From NCBI RefSeq assembly GCF_964204645.1, contig NC_134029.1:21322950-21386949 (forward strand): a stretch of 64,000 nucleotides of DNA, given 5' to 3'. Both the position numbers and the translations under genes were made by a program. Origin of the DNA: Tubulanus polymorphus. Its lineage: Eukaryota; Animalia; Nemertea. Below, one piece after another: positions 51,346-64,000 of this stretch. The first letter of the stretch is position 1; every line of letters starts with the position of its first letter. Under the pieces are notes generated by a model. It was not told the origin of the DNA. It made no database searches and worked only from the letters and a program-made list of their open reading frames with translations.

Positions 51346-54112
51346 ACGCGCAAACTTAGTACCAGTCAGATTATCATTTCCATGTAAGAAATAGCCTCAA
51401 GATTTTACAGTTTACCAATCCGTGTGAGCGCGAGAGATAATTACAAATTATCCGAATACGTTGAGCTGCTACCAAATTTCATTTAGGGAATTCATCAAAG
51501 ATTCGTTATTTTCATCCGAACTGCGGGCGCGTACAAAGAAAGCAACTTGATGCAATGCGTGGTGACGCTTAAGTCACGTGATTAGCGAATGTACGACACT
51601 GCCACAGTCCTGCAGATCAACGATTTTGATATCTGCTATATATACAACTGACATCATCTCAAGAGAAAGTTGTCTAACCGTACAGATGTCATGTCTAACT
51701 ATTCAAGTGTGACCAATATAATCACCGTTTCATTGGAATTATCGGATAGTTCAAGTCGTTCATGTATATGATTTGTTGACCGTGGTTACTAGTAGTCGTT
51801 ACGTGTATTTATAAATCATGAGATCTTACCACATGTTCTATTGATGTTCGATACTGCAGCCAGAAACTTTCCTATACTTTCACAATTATGCAACGATACC
51901 GAAGATGTAATTATATGATGATGGCAATGAAGCCAGTTTTCGAAAATTTTATGCTTTGAAATTCTACATTTCAAATTTTCCAACACGGTAAATACCTGAT
52001 GTTCATTTCCGTCATGATTTGCCATAGCTTTTAAGTGTTCGTGAAATTTCTAGAACATTGTCTGAACCTTCAAGTTGGGGCACTATGGTACTGGTAAGAA
52101 TCGGTTGAATATAGCATTTGAGAAACCAAACAGTTAGAAAAATATCACCAATGGTGAGAGCAGGATGGGAATTTAATTAAGCCCATCCAGTTCCTACGTG
52201 TTCTCTTTTTGCTGATACATGAAGGGATTTGAATCTTTTAGTCCCGCGCATCCACCTCGGTCAATCATTTGTCGTCGTCTTTCAAAGGACAATACGGAAA
52301 CCGATATCCCGTCATTAAATGAGATGAATTGACAATTTTAGTCAATTTATTGCGCTACTTATGAGAGGGCGATAATGAAATTAACGTTCGACGAGTAAAC
52401 GTAGCTAACTGGACAACTCTTAGCTGAGATATTGTTCTTGGATTAACGAATGTCGAAGCTCGTATAATACGTTGATTACAAGGGAGGCAAACACAATGCT
52501 TAGTAACTTGTCAAAGTTGATGGTTTAATATTCTTCATCTGTTCATCAAATCGCGGAAAGCTATTCTATAACTGCGGAGGCTTATCATAAAAACAATGAT
52601 TTAGCCGCCAATTCGCAAATTTGATTAGGTGACATCTCTCTTGCGCCGTATACAATGGACGCCTGCAACTGAATTTTGCGAGATCAAAATATAATCAACA
52701 CATCCGTTCATTCCCCTTGCGTTCTATGTTGGTTAGCTAACAGGGAACTTCGAAGGTTCAACTTATTTTCGGAGTCTTCCTCATTTCGATCCGAAAGTAT
52801 GACGTCAATTCGGATCCTATAGTGGTCATTCAGTACAGTAGCGCATCTAGGGGCTAATTTTGAAGAACTTGTGATCTCCCAAAATGGCCCTTTGATGTTC
52901 AAAAAGGCAATATTAGGCGCACTCCCACACTGTTATGCAACCTTTTTTTGTTACTGACAAAATGAAAAAGGGCACTGAAAATATTTTATGGACCTGGATC
53001 CGCCCAGTATCATTACATCCACGAAATTCAAAAGCCATTATTTTGTATAGTTTAGTACTCGTACTAATTAAATAGTGCGATATCCTGGGTATGTATGGAT
53101 ATAAAGCTGTGATGAATATGAAATGAATGGATCGCAGTCGCTCTATCCCATGCGCAACATAATTCGGACCATTTCCGTTGCAAATGGATTGGAAATCGTA
53201 TACAGAAGTCTGAAACATACAGAAATTAAACATCGACAACGTGCGAACGAAATAAACCGACTTAATTCAATTGTTTCACAACGAATTTATGGACACGTGT
53301 GGCTTTACAACGTCGGATCATAATCGTTAAATATCGCCGCAAACGAGCAAACATAAATATCGCCACAAACGCGGTTTAACGATGCCGCCATTATGCGTCG
53401 TTAAATAATCGCGATTCCATTACCGATCGATACATCACCAGTTTGTTTGCAGGTATCCCTTATTTACTCCGGGTAACCATTGAAAATGCCTGGCGACATT
53501 AGTAAATTAAAATAACCGTATTCGAATTGATGGTTCGCGTGAATCGCTAAATTGCGACAGATTTGTTGACGTCAGATGACAAAACGTTAGTCGCGAGCAG
53601 ATATATTTTTTCATCATTTTCCGTTAAACAACTAAAACAATGTGTACACGACGATGACGAAATCCCGACTGTCCACGAATCAAATGTACGTAGACGGCGA
53701 AAAGCTTGGAAATACCGAAAATACAGCCTCGGTAAGCGAGGGCGACATGCGGTTTGATGTTGATTGAATATAAATGTGTTTAACCGTTCGTAGCCCATCC
53801 GAAAGTTTCCCCCTGACGCCGAGAACAATATTCAGCGTCGATTGGCGCTCGTTTGCAGGTCGGCTGTAATGTATTTACGAAAAGATACGGTTGGCAATTA
53901 TTACGACGAATCGTCGGTGGTTCATCAACTTAATGGCATACACGTCTAATCTCCAGAGTGCATTTTGTCCGGAAATCAGAAAATTATTTTCCACAGATTA
54001 TGATATTGTGCCGACGATACAACGCAATGACATCGATCAAACTGCTGCCGCGTGTCACGTGGTGTTACGTATAGTTTAATATCCGTTTGTCAGAGGAGAC
54101 TTTACCGTTCTC

Positions 54113-54139
54113 TGTGTATGTGTGTGTGTGTGTGTGTGT
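54113..54139. repeat. (GT)n microsatellite
   Basis: Direct reading. Confidence 0.9.
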
Positions 54140-55607
54140 CGTTTATTACGGTTTAACCTTAGAAAAAACTAATTGCCGCAGACTATTCCGCCCAGGGTTC
54201 GACCTTAATCTAAGCGCAATCCAGGGTAAAACCGATATCCGAAATCCGTACGTTTGTTTTTGCGAGACACGTCCATCTAGACGATTTGACCTTCCGACCA
54301 CTTTTGATATAAAGTTGGTGGATGAATACCTGAAATATTGTAACAAGTGAAAGATCTGCTGGTCTGCATCTGTTTCGAAGTTTCCACTCATAACGAGGCA
54401 AGTTTCAGATAATTAGACAGAAAAAGCGATCGTTTTTCACCGCTATCGTTTACAAGAAATCCGCACAGACTACAGGAACTGTGGCGGGTAATGTTTTCGT
54501 TGTAGCGTCAGGTATTGGTATCATTGCCCGGGTATATTCTCGTCTGATTTCAAGCTTATTTTCATCACCCCTGACAGTATTTACTAACCGAACGTCAAAA
54601 TGTTTGATTTCAAACTGAACGCAATCCAAACCACTTGGTTTTCTCGACGTTACAGCTAGCTGGAGACGGGGTTTTAGTATATATGAAGAATACCTACTAC
54701 AAACTCATACGTAAAACTGTGAGAAGGGATTGTTACTAACTAGTCTGGTATCTATCTACTTCACTCGCTTCTGAGTGAGTTTTTGGATTCTGGGAAGATT
54801 GGCGTTGTAAGATCTTTAAAAACATATAACTTGCCATGTAATATACGTATGGGTAATGCTTTCCATGCGTCGACCAAGAGGCAATATCTTTGTTCTTCGA
54901 AAAATATGATCCCCTACCTAAATGCTTATGAAAGTCTTTAGCTTTGTTTTTCGTCAGGGAAACAGATAAAAAGAAGACGCACTTCCTCGGTCTTTCCACT
55001 AATTCACTTTCGTTCTGTCATCGTCGTCATCCTCCTTATTAACACTCACTCGGTTTCAAGTGTCCTATTCGATTCCACTTAACAGTGCGTCGTCTAAAAT
55101 AATCCATTCACCGAAAAATCCATACCGTTTTTCGAAATATGACAAATTAAATATTTGATATGGAGTTCTGCGCGCGCCTTTTGCCGGTAACACAACACAC
55201 GAATCGGCACTAAATAGATTTACTTTGCGGTCTACGTCCACTCATTAATTAAGGGGAAAGAAAATGCGAGAGAATTTATTCAATTAATGATTTATCGTCG
55301 GTTGTATAGAATAGCGTGGCGTCAATAGTACTTCGTCGTTTCGTCGACGACAGTTCTTTATTTACACGATAAGAGTGCCCGCGACGATAACTCGTCGCGC
55401 GCCTAATGAATTATTTTTCAGCGTAAAAACAAACACGTTTCGTGCAAATGCACTCTCACGGCAGACGACTCAAGGATATGCGAGATATCAATCGAATTAG
55501 AATTATGGGGATATTCGTGTCTTCTAAATGCCACCCGCGAAGGACTCTTTACAGAATACAGTAATTAAAACGTGAAAACGTAGTGAGGCGTTCCTAGATC
55601 CATCCTC

Positions 55608-55623
55608 GTGACGTCACTTCCGG
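55608..55623 (-). promoter_or_regulatory. Composite ETS-CRE motif
   Basis: Minus strand reads CCGGAAGTGACGTCAC (overlapping CCGGAAGT and TGACGTCA). Confidence 0.55.
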
Positions 55624-56091
55624 CAATTGATTCGATATGAATGATAGCAAACACAATGCAGAAAGTACCTGAACACAAAATCCTATATTTCAATTTTTGT
55701 GTTGTTGTTTTTTGAGTGATTTCCTCGGTAGCAATTTTTCCTACGCAATATCAGGAAACTAGTTAGGTCCCGAGCTAGAACTATTGTGCCATGTTTGGCC
55801 TTTTAGGTTTCTACGGTGTCCTTCGCCGCGTAGGCCTACGATTTATCAATGTAAAAAGCTCGAAGACAATATCTAAAGTTTTACTTATACAAGTCATTAT
55901 TTTATTTATTCATTTATTTATTACTCTTTATTAAATAATCAGCATATGTACATCGTACATATACGCATATTTATACATATATATATATATATTCATATTC
56001 ATATCTATAATTACACATCATTTAAGTTAAAGGAGTTGTAGTGCACCATTGCGTCAACCTATCATCGGTGGGAAGGGTTTGATCTGGGGAG

Positions 56092-56236
<145 letters not shown>

Positions 56237-56279
56237 CGATATATGTATCGGTGGGTTGGGTAGAGTAGACCGTTTTGAG

Positions 56280-57274
56280 AATTCTTGATGACATTTTCTA
56301 TTTATTGAATTGCTTTCATTCAATCTGAAAACCAATCGTTCTCTGGGCTTGAATATACCCAGATTATGCAAAAGATATTCAACATTGTAACAAACGCAGT
56401 TCTGTTAACGAGGCAACCAAAATTGGCCATGGGTTTTCCCATGTGCTGTGGAATGTTTACAACCCAAGAGTTTTTGTCTGACTCGTCCCTGTAACATTAT
56501 ACAGACAATAAATTCACACAAAAAATATTAGATAAACAGGAAACATAGTTACTTATGCGTTCAAATTATTCTTATATTATGGAAGTTCTGGAAAACCAAC
56601 CAATGAACGAAAACGACTGCTTATATTCCTGAGGTTCTCAAAACAGTTTACAATTTACACATTAGTTTTAAAATGATAATTCATGATGAGATCAAAAGTG
56701 CAAAAATGTTTAAAAACACTGACAATGGCCAGGACGGCAAAATAAATGTATCAAAATGTACGATACTCTACGAAAATGAAATAACCAGCAAAGTTTCAGG
56801 GCTGACTTAACTATCAAGATTAACACTAAACATTGTATCGAATTTTTCCAATAGATCAACATAAAAAAAAGTCGTCAGCAATGTAGTACGAAATACAACA
56901 CAGTCACATCCTGATGCATAAGCAACTCCTCACAAATCACGTGACGCGTTGCGAACAACGCACACAACAATGACGTATTAGTCCACGAGTGAAGAGATAC
57001 CCACAAATAGTACATATTTACACAATTTTAAATTCGACACGCAATTTTTTCCAAGGCAGCGTGAGGTGCCTGATTTTGACTAGCTAATGCGTACAAGTTT
57101 TTGTGTGCGACACATAGTGTTCACCTCGCTTGTATAATCCGTGATATCCGTCGCACAATACGCTCCATCACTCATCGATGCGATTCTATCCATTATTTTA
57201 TCAATTCGCGACCCTATCTCCGATGTTCAATACGACCGATATTGTGCGAAAACTATACGTAAGATCAGTCATCG
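56280..57274 (-). other. ISL1: Probable Islet 3' UTR with polyadenylation signal
   Basis: U-rich on the minus strand; first minus-strand AATAAA I see after the stop is at 56306-56301; Pumilio-type TGTAAATA at 57022-57015. Confidence 0.6.
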
Positions 57275-57502
57275 TTATTGGCTGATGGGACTGGAAAGTT
57301 CCGACGAATGTACGCTTCCAGGTACGTCCATGACAGTGAACGAGTCGTTGCTGGTATTGAGATCAAGCATGGGATTGTACATGCCGTTACCGTCGTAACC
57401 GTTATTGCAACTATCCTGTAGATTGAAACCGTGGTGTCCGGTGTCGTGGTGACCGTCAAATCCACCGTGAATATGATTGCTCTCGTGGTCAAAATTATTT
57501 AC
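57275..57502 (-). CDS. ISL1: Islet terminal coding exon with stop codon
   Basis: Acceptor ttttgtatactttacag|GTA; phase 0; VNNFDHESNHIHGGFDGHHDTGHHGFNLQDSCNNGYDGNGMYNPMLDLNTSNDSFTVMDVPGSVHSSELSSPISQ*. Starts VN and ends SPI.. like the last exon of Isl1 (VNF...SPIEA). Confidence 0.88.
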   Translation of the reverse strand, partial: VNNFDHESNHIHGGFDGHHDTGHHGFNLQDSCNNGYDGNGMYNPMLDLNTSNDSFTVMDVPGSVHSSELSSPISQ

Positions 57503-59589
57503 CTGTAAAGTATACAAAACAGACAAGCCATGAAGAACATATTCTACGTTAGACGAGGATTTAGAAGATTAAAGGGGGGCCGGGCCCTCTGAAATCTTTC
57601 AAGTTGCCCATTATAAGCCCGGGATTGAAAAATCTGAAAGCGAGCTGAAACTCTCATACGCAAAATAAGAATATCAATATTCTCGACGCCCTAAATTTTT
57701 AGAGGGAGCTATTTCAATTCATGGGGAAATTCAAAAACTGTAATGGACCCCGCGCGTGCCTCCATCCGTATTTTCTGCCGATATGATATCCATCAGAAAA
57801 TACATGGCGAAATATGCCCTTTTCTTCCTGTACCCCTGCCATCGTGAAATCTGGGATCCACCCCTATTGATATGGTGTTGGTATTCGCAGTGAGGCTGTA
57901 GAGTTCAATAGCAAAACTTCAAAACGTCAAAATAGATCTTTTAGGAGGAGTTTGGAGCTAGGGAATATGCTGCTGCAACACAAGATGTTCTCGAGGTTGT
58001 TACTGTTTTTTTTGTTGTTCCCTTGTTGAAAAGCGGGATCTAACAGAGGCTTAATCCGATCGGGTATCAAGTTCTTTGAAATTCGTTCATATTGAAGAGA
58101 ACTTTGATCAATAGGAAGAGAATCGCTTGGTGTTAAATAATGTACGGAGATGTTACAAAGATAAGCCGGATTGGCTTTCGTAAGGTGACGCTGGTAACAA
58201 TCGGATTAGACGAAAAAGATGCACAACAAGACGGTTTCTAAGATACCATCCAACCTACATAGACGTGAATGTATTCACTGTCGAATATGTTCGCAATCGC
58301 GAGATTGGATTTAGGTGGATCTTTGTGCCGCCACCACCGCAATGATAAGCATGATTTTCATATTCATAATCGAAGGTTAAAATGGTCAAGTTTTAGATGA
58401 ACTAGTTCGGAAGTTGATATCATATGTCTGAGGACATTTAAATGCCATTTATAACTTTTTAAACTCAGTAATATGAGTTGAGTCACGTCCCTATTCGAAT
58501 TGCGATTTGACGCGTGACATCTAGATCTACCGTTTTTAGCAATAATTGATTTTCATGAGCAATTTTTTTTTCTACAATATTATCGTGTTGTATCAGCGAT
58601 ATTTTTGATAAACCCCAATAACGGTCGTGTAACTGGCTTTGACATAATACCTGGTAGCCCGGTTCACAAGCTTTCATTCATTGTTTGTCGTGCAATTAAC
58701 TAGTCAAGCAAATTCTGATTCATAACATAGAGCGTGGAAATATGGATCGATCATTCTTGGTCCAACAGACTATGGAACAGTTGATGTGAAAACCGGGCAC
58801 CGGAAGTCGCTGAATTTCCTGTTTTGGTCACCATGGCAGCACTAGCACGATACATAGATATCGGCATGGGCACTTCCGCTAGGGCGAGGGTTATTGGCGA
58901 ATAGATTTTTATTAATTATGGATTGATACGTGAAGTATTATTGATATCGATCAATTCATCGCTAGTCGATTGTTTACGGTTAAAACGTCACGATCTATAA
59001 CGTTCTATCCCGCATCGTGCTCTCAGCAGACGAGACGTGTCTGACCAGGGAGCGGATCGACAACGTAGTTTTCTCAGAATTTACCATCAATTCTCGCGTC
59101 TGTTCGGCCACACGAGTTTCCCGCATTTAAAATTGATACCACTACTATACCGCCCCCGTTTCGTTGTTGATACCGGGAATACAATTTTTTCGACAACATA
59201 AAACATCGCTAGTAAACGACAACGACATACCGTTCCCCGACTACGTTCGGTATAGTCAACCCACTGATGCTTATACGAAATTCCAGTTTTTGCTGCTTAA
59301 GGAAATATTTGGTCGGTTTCGGGGTCGTCGGGGGGCAAAACATTGTCGTTTAGAAGCGGAGTTTGTGTTATTAAGAACAATAAAAACATGACGCCCACGA
59401 CGGAAACGTTGTGCAATTGCGAGAAAGAAAGAAGAAGCATGAACTAATAAAAACATAAGCGGACACCAGTCTGTATGAAAACCGTGCCAAATTTCATCGA
59501 CAACCGTGACAATATGACACAGATATGTCGGCCATATTTTGGAAGCCAAATTTAGACTGTTTGAGAATAAACTAATTGACGAATAGAGA

Positions 59590-59606
59590 AACTAGGGGGC
59601 GCTAAT
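59590..59606 (+). promoter_or_regulatory. CTCF-like site in the last Islet intron
   Basis: AACTAGGGGGCGCTAAT versus consensus CCACTAGGGGGCGCTA. Confidence 0.55.
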
Positions 59607-59747
59607 ATCAGTTCTTGGAGGAATAAGAATTGTGTTCAGTGGTTCTTACTCCTACAAGTTTCAGTTACCGTTTCAGTTTCTTCTTTCGTTCTTTTAAATT
59701 GTAACTACGGCGTCGTCATCGTCTGACGTTTCCACAAAGCTGCTCAC

Positions 59748-59924
59748 CAATTGTTGAAAAGGAGGCTGATCTATTTCGCTCTGCATGGCGAAGTCGCTGA
59801 GGGCTTTCCACGGAGGCTGGTAGCTTTGTACCTCGACAGGATTTGCCTGCATTGTGCTATCATGACGCACGGGACTCGATGCAACCATCGGTACGCCGCC
59901 TTGTAACGGGGGTCTATTGCCATT
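59748..59924 (-). CDS. ISL1: Islet (ISL1/2 orthologue) LIM-homeobox gene, exon encoding the Islet-specific / Lhx3-binding region
   Basis: Minus-strand acceptor ttttgtatatttgtag|AAT and donor TTG|gtgagc; 177 nt, phase 0-0. [59 protein letters not shown] closely matches vertebrate Isl1 [46 protein letters not shown]. Confidence 0.97.
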
Positions 59925-61673
59925 CTACAAATATACAAAATTCATACAAAAATAAAGAAAATCCTGTCTCAGATATTCGATTACGATCGGGCTTTCGGTG
60001 GTTTTACGAATGCGTTGTCCCGGTTACACCTGAATCAACGTCAAGGTATTCGACGTATATTTGCGCGCACGCGCACGTGACTCGCATGCGCAATAGCATG
60101 GGAAAGTCTTGCTCGAACGGTTTCGTTTACCACGCGGGGTCTAACACGGTGACACCGTGGCTGGCACGAACCGTGAATACTAAAACACTGATGCTTAATT
60201 AATAATTCTACGATAGCCTCAGAAAGCACAACGGCGAATATCGATTACTGCTCGCTGTACTACTTCCGCCGGAACTACTTTGTACTGGTTCAACTCGTCG
60301 AGCAAAATTCGGCTCAATAGTTCGAAAGCTTACTGTCGAAACTATTTCCTGTTCCGGTAATGGCGAATCAAACGGTATTTTACCATGTGTACGAGAGAAT
60401 AATGAAATGTATGGTTCGCCGCCAATTTTTTGCTTTAAAGTCCATTTATCCGGGTGTACGATTTTCTTTTAGATTTTCGGTTGTAAGATAGATCGTCGTG
60501 TTTGAAGATCCAAAAGTTTAAGCCCAAATGCAAAAAAAAATCGAAAATTTTGAATATATTTTTTTGAACAACTGACCTGCAAATCTTGCGCCGAGTTTGG
60601 TGACAGATCAAGTACACCCGGATATTTCGGATACCAATTCTACAAAAATATAAAGAAATATTAGCCTAGTGGATTTTTTTTTAGTCGCTGGTCTACAGAT
60701 GTCTTTGATTCGACATTCTGCTAGCCATGGGTAAATCTAAATCTTCTTTTTTTCATTGAGAGAAACATTTCGGCACTTTTTATGCAGCCTTTGCTAAAGT
60801 TTGATGATTTTGTTCCTATCATTGTCATCTTTGAATAATGAAATTTAGCTGAACCCCTTTAATGATAACAGCGATTTCGTGGAGGAGTAATAACTAAGTC
60901 CTGTCAGGTACGAACGTCTAAATGGCACACGTTCCCCGACCGTTACGGTTATATCAAATATCAGTCGTGAGAGAATGCCCGAGGCTGCGTGGAGCCAAGC
61001 ATCATCTCACCTGTCGAATCATTGTTTTCAAGAAAATTATAGCGTATCAAGTTCTACCACGAACGTCTAGAGTCTAGCGAACGATGCTGACGTAAACGAC
61101 TTCGAAGTTCAGCCTCTATCACGGGTCCATGCGATAAATACTGAAGAATAATTGTGTTTTGTCCATGGCGGGATTTCCATCCCAGGCCAAAATGCAAACC
61201 AAGTTTATCGTTCCTGCTATTGCTATGAAACCATGAAAATACAGTCTGTATGTCTAATGACCACTTGACCAATGACGAGTTTGGACCCAACAAATTTCGA
61301 GAAATATGATAACTCATTGACTACGGAATTCAACACAAGTCATAGCGCGGAACTTCGCAGTTCAGACAGCGGTAAACACGAGTCCTTACGTTGACAACGA
61401 GCTCCGTGTTCAGCAAATCTCCGGAGATTAAATAAAAAGTATAATCCTCAAACAAGAACACGATCACCTCGGGACAAAATGTATCATCTTAAATACGTGG
61501 AATCGATCTATGATGATACACTATTCATTATTGGATAGAGATATTGTAGGAACTTCCACTATTTCATCTTGAGTTTGGAAATTTATCTGTAAAAGTCACC
61601 GGCAACATCTTCATCTTTTCTATTCTAAATCAGTCTATACTATTGGCATTGACTGATGGATTTACATATTTTG

Positions 61674-61859
61674 TTCTCTAGGCATGACTTAGACAGGTCG
61701 GTCAGTACCCTTCTCTAGGCATGACTTAGACAGGTCGGTCAGTACCCTTCTCTAGGCATGACTTATACAGGTCGGTTAGTACCCTTCTCTGGACATGACT
61801 TGTACAGGTCGGTTAGTACCCTTCTCTAGGCATGACTTAGACAGGCCGGTTAGTAGCCC
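61674..61859. repeat. 37-bp minisatellite, 5 copies, in an Islet intron
   Basis: Unit ttctctaggcatgacttagacaggtcggtcagtaccc starting at 61674, 61711, 61748, 61785 and 61822. Confidence 0.95.
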
Positions 61860-64000
61860 TCCAGCAGAAGTAACACCTGCGGCAGCTGATGAGAGTTCGA
61901 CGCCTCTCGCGGTGTCTTCGTCTTCAATTTCTCGTATTCTAAAAGTCTTAAGTTTATTATCATTAATTACATCGAATGTTTACGAGATGACGCGTGCGAA
62001 TCGAACAACTTAGACAAACAATACGAGATTAATTTCATTGAAATATCATCCATTGATACCGTTATAAATATATTACGCGTTGGGAGGAAAAATTGCGTCA
62101 TGTTACGACCGGAACTGTCGATGCCCCGGAGGTGAACATCAGTTGGAATATGATCTTGGACATTTTCTCTACCGATTTGTCGTGCGCGGCTATTGTGCCT
62201 AGGGCTATGGCGCGAACTCATTAAAGTTCACTAAAATAGACGAGACGGCAGCTGATCTCACAGGACACACATTTGACAAAGTCGTTGCATGAAGATTGAC
62301 CATTGTCTAAAAAATTATGTGGAAAGTTAGGTTTATAGCGATTAAAACCATTTGAGCCCATCTTGTCGCTTTACGATATGAGGGAACATTTTCTGAGTTT
62401 ATTTTGGGTAAATATGCGGGGGAAAGTGTTTTATCAGGTTTGCAGCAGTTTTGAGCTATTGCACAGTTTTTGTATCCCACCTGGTTTTTTATGGCCATGT
62501 GAATCTGGAAATGCTTCACAGCGCATTTTTTGTATCACTCCTGAAAACTACCAGACCAAACCTAAGCAATCGTCAAAACATTTCTGATTTGCATTTTGAC
62601 TTTAGATCGTGATTTGTCGGAGCAGGTCCCCGGTCGAAGGTCTGGGAAAATCGCGCGTTGGCAAACAGTAAACCGACGGTCCATGGCACAAACAAACAAA
62701 CGTCCGGACGGAAAACCGCACAAAAATACGTCACCATTGACTGCAGGTCAATATGCATATAATGTCAGTGTGTTTAGAAAGTGTCAACGTTTTCGGAAAA
62801 CTCTCGTTATTGTTTATCAAATTCGAAGGGAGTTGGTTTCTCAAGAGCGCTTTGGAAATTCATTCAATACGCGTATTTAAACAAGAAACTGTTGACACAG
62901 TGTCTACAAGTATATGAACATGTCCTACAATGCAGTTGTGCTTTATTTGCCTTTGCGGGTGTAGACCAGAAACCATTCGGAATTTTATTCTTAAATTCTT
63001 CAAACTTCGTGAGAGTTTATATATGTATAAATGACCTATTAAAGACAGTCATTTTAAGTTTCGTAGGACGAGTCCACGATCGGAAGTAACTCGTAATTTG
63101 AAACTGTTTGCATTTGCCTCTTTCAGATTCTATATAGGTGAAAACGAATTAGCGATAAAAATTGAAATGCAAAAGTGAATGCAATGGCGTAGGTATTGAA
63201 AGTAGGGGAAAATGAAGGAAAAGATGATATTTCCCTATGACCTGTTCAGGTTGGATCCCTGTGGAGCTTCAGCTGGGGACACTTTATTCATTGGCAAGCG
63301 CATATCAAAACCATAGCGGTTATTATGATTAATTCGACAATAGCAACTGAATTCCGCCGTTTACAATGTACGATTTCGCAACACGGCTCCAATTCCGAGT
63401 TGGCCGATGTAGACTCAATTACTTTTCGGCACAAAGGCATATTGAAAATACCCCCGACCGTTTTCAAATTATTAAACTCCGCACTGGCGAAAGTAAGAGT
63501 GACAGTCACGGTTGAATATATTCGTATAGGGTTGTTTAGTTTTCCATTCTATAGTCGTGGGAAAACATAATCTACAATATGTTGTTCGATTGTGGAACTC
63601 GGACGTCGAATAAGAAAAGAAGCCCTTCAATTCTTAATCCTTAATTCTGATGACCGTATTCAGAAAATCTAAGCGGCGAATAATAACCGTTGAATAGATG
63701 TACACTTGTTGGAAGTCGAGTAGTGTATAGAGTTGATTACTCGGGTGACTGCGTCACTGAAGACTTTTGTCTGAATTCGGGGAGGAGTGTTGTCTTACCA
63801 GTCACGAATAAAAACAATGCTAAACCAGTGTGTACGCGGCCCCCTGACGGGTAACTTCTCACCAGGCCTGCGCGGTACATTGTGAAATACGCTGTCAAGC
63901 ATATTTTCTTGTTGAATAATATCGTCGAATACAGTTCTGATATATACAATATACGAGGCTCCCTGCGAGGTGTTTTTTGTGAAAGGAATGAACCAAATCC

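Noticed and set aside
26000-56000. Apparent switch from T-rich to A-rich + strand after the SCAPER end, suggesting long minus-strand transcription
   Set aside because: Impression only; needs a computed cumulative AT/GC skew, and loss of skew is expected outside a transcribed gene anyway.
57141-57492. Alternative-frame and antisense ORFs over the last Islet exon
   Set aside because: Shadows of the true exon, whose frame is fixed by the phase-0 junction.
59925-64000. Islet homeodomain exon
   Set aside because: No RVWFQNKRCKDKK-type sequence in the ORF track or by eye; it presumably lies beyond the window.

Overview
Eukaryotic (animal, probably an invertebrate bilaterian) genomic DNA, mostly non-coding and rich in CpG. 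Two spliced genes face each other tail-to-tail. On the + strand are the last three coding exons of SCAPER (410-601, 9283-9352, 24803-24894; introns of about 8.7 and 15.5 kb). On the - strand are the last two coding exons of the LIM-homeobox gene Islet (59924-59748, 57502-57275); I found no Islet homeodomain or LIM exon in the window. This is the known, deeply conserved Islet-Scaper microsyntenic block, in which SCAPER introns carry Islet enhancers. The introns and the ~32 kb intergenic spacer hold several MITE families (some nested, with readable target-site duplications), a palindromic element made of two back-to-back tRNA-like halves, a SINE relic, minisatellites, CTCF-like sites and several promoter-like motif clusters (ETS, CRE, CCAAT, USF, TCTCGCGAGA) with no recognisable gene attached. 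No prokaryotic-type system, CRISPR array or intact transposase is visible. Almost all ORFs in the supplied track are spurious. All calls are by eye, without alignment tools.
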